A stretch of DNA of 64,000 nt from Lama glama (lineage: Eukaryota): the NCBI GenBank assembly GCA_028534125.1, contig CM052816.1:98768001-98832000 (forward strand), in the 5' to 3' direction. The notes below the pieces were generated by a model that did no database searches, was not told where the DNA came from, and saw nothing but the letters and a program-made list of their open reading frames with translations. Each line of letters opens with the position of its first letter. The stretch's first letter is position 1. Made by a program: the position numbers and the translations under genes. Positions 61,490 through 64,000 of this stretch are shown piece after piece.

Positions 61490-63426
61490 GAACATCAAAC
61501 AAACTTGAACGGCTGCAGGAAACAGCTAAACACAATGCTAACAACCCTGAACTTGACTCCAAGAGAACACGGCACAGGGAAGAGCAAGGCTGGATGGGCC
61601 CACTAGGTAAGGTCAGTTGAAGAATAATGTGAACACTGCCTTTTCTGATAGCAGAAATTTAAAAAAATGATCAAGGATATATTCCTAGAAATAGGTTTAT
61701 ATTACCAGGAAATTATCCACCAAATCCTCACTCTTCCTGGGTGGCATAAAATCTGGAAAGCAGTCACCATGCCCCTCGCTGGTGCACTATCTTACCTGAG
61801 TTCTCAGCTAAGGCAGTGAGGAAGGACTGCAGCTGCGGGGGGCCCCTGAGGCTGACGGTCAGGAGGCAGCTCAGAAGCCGTGTTACAAGGCCTGGAGAAG
61901 TGATGGCAGAGGCAGCATGAAAGGTGAACCCGCCGCGGGCTCACTGCCCCCGGTGGGTGCGGGGGAGCCGCCCATCAGAGATTGAACACCACACGGGATG
62001 TAAAACCAGCAGAAACACTCACATAACCCTCCCCAAATGGCGTGCTAGACACACACGGCTTAATTTGTGCAACAGAAAAAAAGAAAAGGGGCTGTAATGA
62101 AAAAATAAGAAAGAAAGAGAGAAAACCAGGACAGCAAGAGCCAGCGCTCCTGGGGCCTGGGTGGACTGGCAGGACGGAGCCACCCTGGTGTGAGGTCCAG
62201 AGGCGGGCATAAGTGGGGGGGGTCACATGCGTGTCATCAGGTGACACGGGGAAGGGTATGTACAGGTACACTGAGGTACTTTCTGCCAATGTTTTCATTT
62301 TTTTGTGTTTGTTAACATCTATAAACACTCGCTATATGGCATATACATATAATTTTCTTATTACAAATATGTAAACTAGATCTTATATTGCAAATGTATA
62401 ATATATAAAGTATTATGTGAACATAAAGTGTATTTATACACATATAAAAATATTTTTATAAATGCATGCACTTGTATAAATCTATAGTTCTGTTTATACA
62501 CACACTTATATAGTTACATGTTTTTAAATAATACTATGCTGATAAAAGCTTTGCTTCCCTTACAAAAATTGGTATTTGCCCTAATGTCTGTTAACATGGG
62601 CTGATTATGTCTTCCTTCCTGCGTTGGTGTCTAGAAAGGTCTTAGCCCTTTTGCAAGACGGCTCTTTAGGGTCTGCCCGTTGTGTGGTTTTCCTCGGTCT
62701 TCCTCCGTTTGTTTTTCCCCTCTAGCTGACTTTTTATAAAAATAATTCCACTAATTATTTTCTTGTGATAATCTGTTACAAACACTTAAGGTGAGGTGGT
62801 TTTGTTTGCTATTTTTTCCCAAGAGTACGGAATTGCAATGGGTCATAATTCTTAGGCTTCCTTTGCTGAATCGCAGAAACGTGAACGTGTTCAGTGAGAC
62901 CTGGACACAGTTGTCCATTTCCCCTCACTTCCTGCCGGCATTCGAGGATTTTGAAAATGAGGAAGCACAAGCTTTGTGTCTTCTTTAGAAGAATCAGCAG
63001 ACGACTGCACGTGAGTGTGTCTGTGTGAGAGCGCACACCACCCTCCCCTGGGTCTGGTTAAGTACACGTCTGTCTCATGCATGAATGTGTCCTCCCTTCT
63101 CAATGAGAGAAGCTATCCCTCTCGGGGCCAAAGGAACAATGATGTTCCTGAAATGGACGTGGGCAGGTCTCCCATGAGGAATGAAAATATCCAACCACTG
63201 TCTATTCCAGGTCCTGCCGTCCAGTCCCAGAAACGTGTGTTCAGAAGGGAAGAGAAGGAATCATGGAGGAGTCCAGGTGGACCCAGCAGCTCAGCTCTCG
63301 TGTCCACGCAGCTGGGCCCTGGGTCGACTTTCAGAGATAAGGCATCTTCAAAGAGATGAGCTGTCTGGCTGCAAACCTGGGAGTTCTACTAACTACCTAC
63401 TTTCTAAGCAAAGACTGTCCCTCATC

Positions 63427-64000
63427 TTTTTTTTTTTTTTAGTTGTTTAAATGTTGGTTTACAACATATTAATTTCTGGTGTATAATATAGTGATTCAGT
63501 TTTATATATATATATTCCTTTTCATATTCTTTTTCATTATAGGCCATTACAAGATATTGAATATAGTTCCCTGTGCTAGGCAGTAGGACCTTGTTGTTTG
63601 TCCATTTTTATATAGTAGTTTGTATCTGCAAATCCCAAACTCCCAATTTATCCCTCCACTCTCCCCTTCCCCACTGGTAACCATAGGTTTATTTTCTATG
63701 TCTGTGAGTCTGTTTCTGTTTTGTAAATTTGTGTCATTTTTTTGGTTTAGATTCCATATATAAGTGATAGCATATGCACTTTTCTTTCTCTTTGTGACTT
63801 ACTTCACCTAGTATGACTATCTCTAGGTCCAGGCCAATATCTTTGATGAACACAGATGCAAACATTTTTAACCGAAATATTCAAAAACCAAATACAACAA
63901 CATAAAAATGATTATATTCTACAGTCAAGCTGAATTCACCCCAGGGACACAAGTATGGTTCAACATATGCATATCAATGTGATACATCACATCAACAAAA
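63427..64000 (-). mobile_element. L1 3' end (minus, 63427-63830) joined to plus-strand L1 ORF2 RT sequence (63831-64000); probably one 5'-inverted L1 running out of the window
   Basis: T-tract plus an antisense cetartiodactyl L1 3' UTR, then abruptly aggccaatatctttgatgaacacagatgcaaa (RPISLMNTDA). Confidence 0.8.

Noticed and set aside
62330..62540. Very AT-rich TATA-like stretch
   Set aside because: Low-complexity sequence with no regular repeat unit or promoter context.
53637..64000. Search for the upstream exon carrying the end of the zinc-binding motif (NFGMIHDG...)
   Set aside because: No matching frame found; it probably lies beyond 64000.
1..64000. CRISPR arrays, operons, tRNA/rRNA genes, processed pseudogenes or a novel multi-gene system
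   Set aside because: None seen. The window is explained by one spliced vertebrate gene plus intronic repeats.

Overview
This is mammalian genomic DNA, not prokaryotic. It holds the middle of the ADAMTS16 gene on the minus strand. I read nine coding exons directly from the sequence: 53636-53483, 43544-43449, 38895-38747, 37640-37468, 35556-35426, 33513-33390, 32566-32322, 30501-30363 and 11109-10983, about exons 10-18 by human numbering from memory. They splice in frame without stops (1338 nt, 446 codons) and encode the end of the metalloprotease domain, the disintegrin-like domain, TSR1, the Cys-rich region, the spacer and TSR2. Four of them (11, 13, 14, 18) are not translated in their coding frame by the ORF track. 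The rest is intron: old and young L1s, L2, MIR, ERV solo LTRs, Tigger/hAT DNA-transposon relics, microsatellites and two assembly gaps. The L1 tails look cetartiodactyl and I saw no Bov-tA, PRE-1, CHR or Alu SINEs, which suggests a camelid (inference). I see no evidence of a wholly new biological system. The best leads are a GC-AG intron, a KRFR variant of the latent-TGF-beta-activating RRFR motif, patchy GC-biased exon divergence, an intragenic CpG island, an E-box/YY1 cluster, a MER41-like solo LTR beside exon 11 and two 5'-inverted L1s. Repeat family names and human comparisons come from memory, and repeat boundaries are approximate unless TSDs or TIRs are given.
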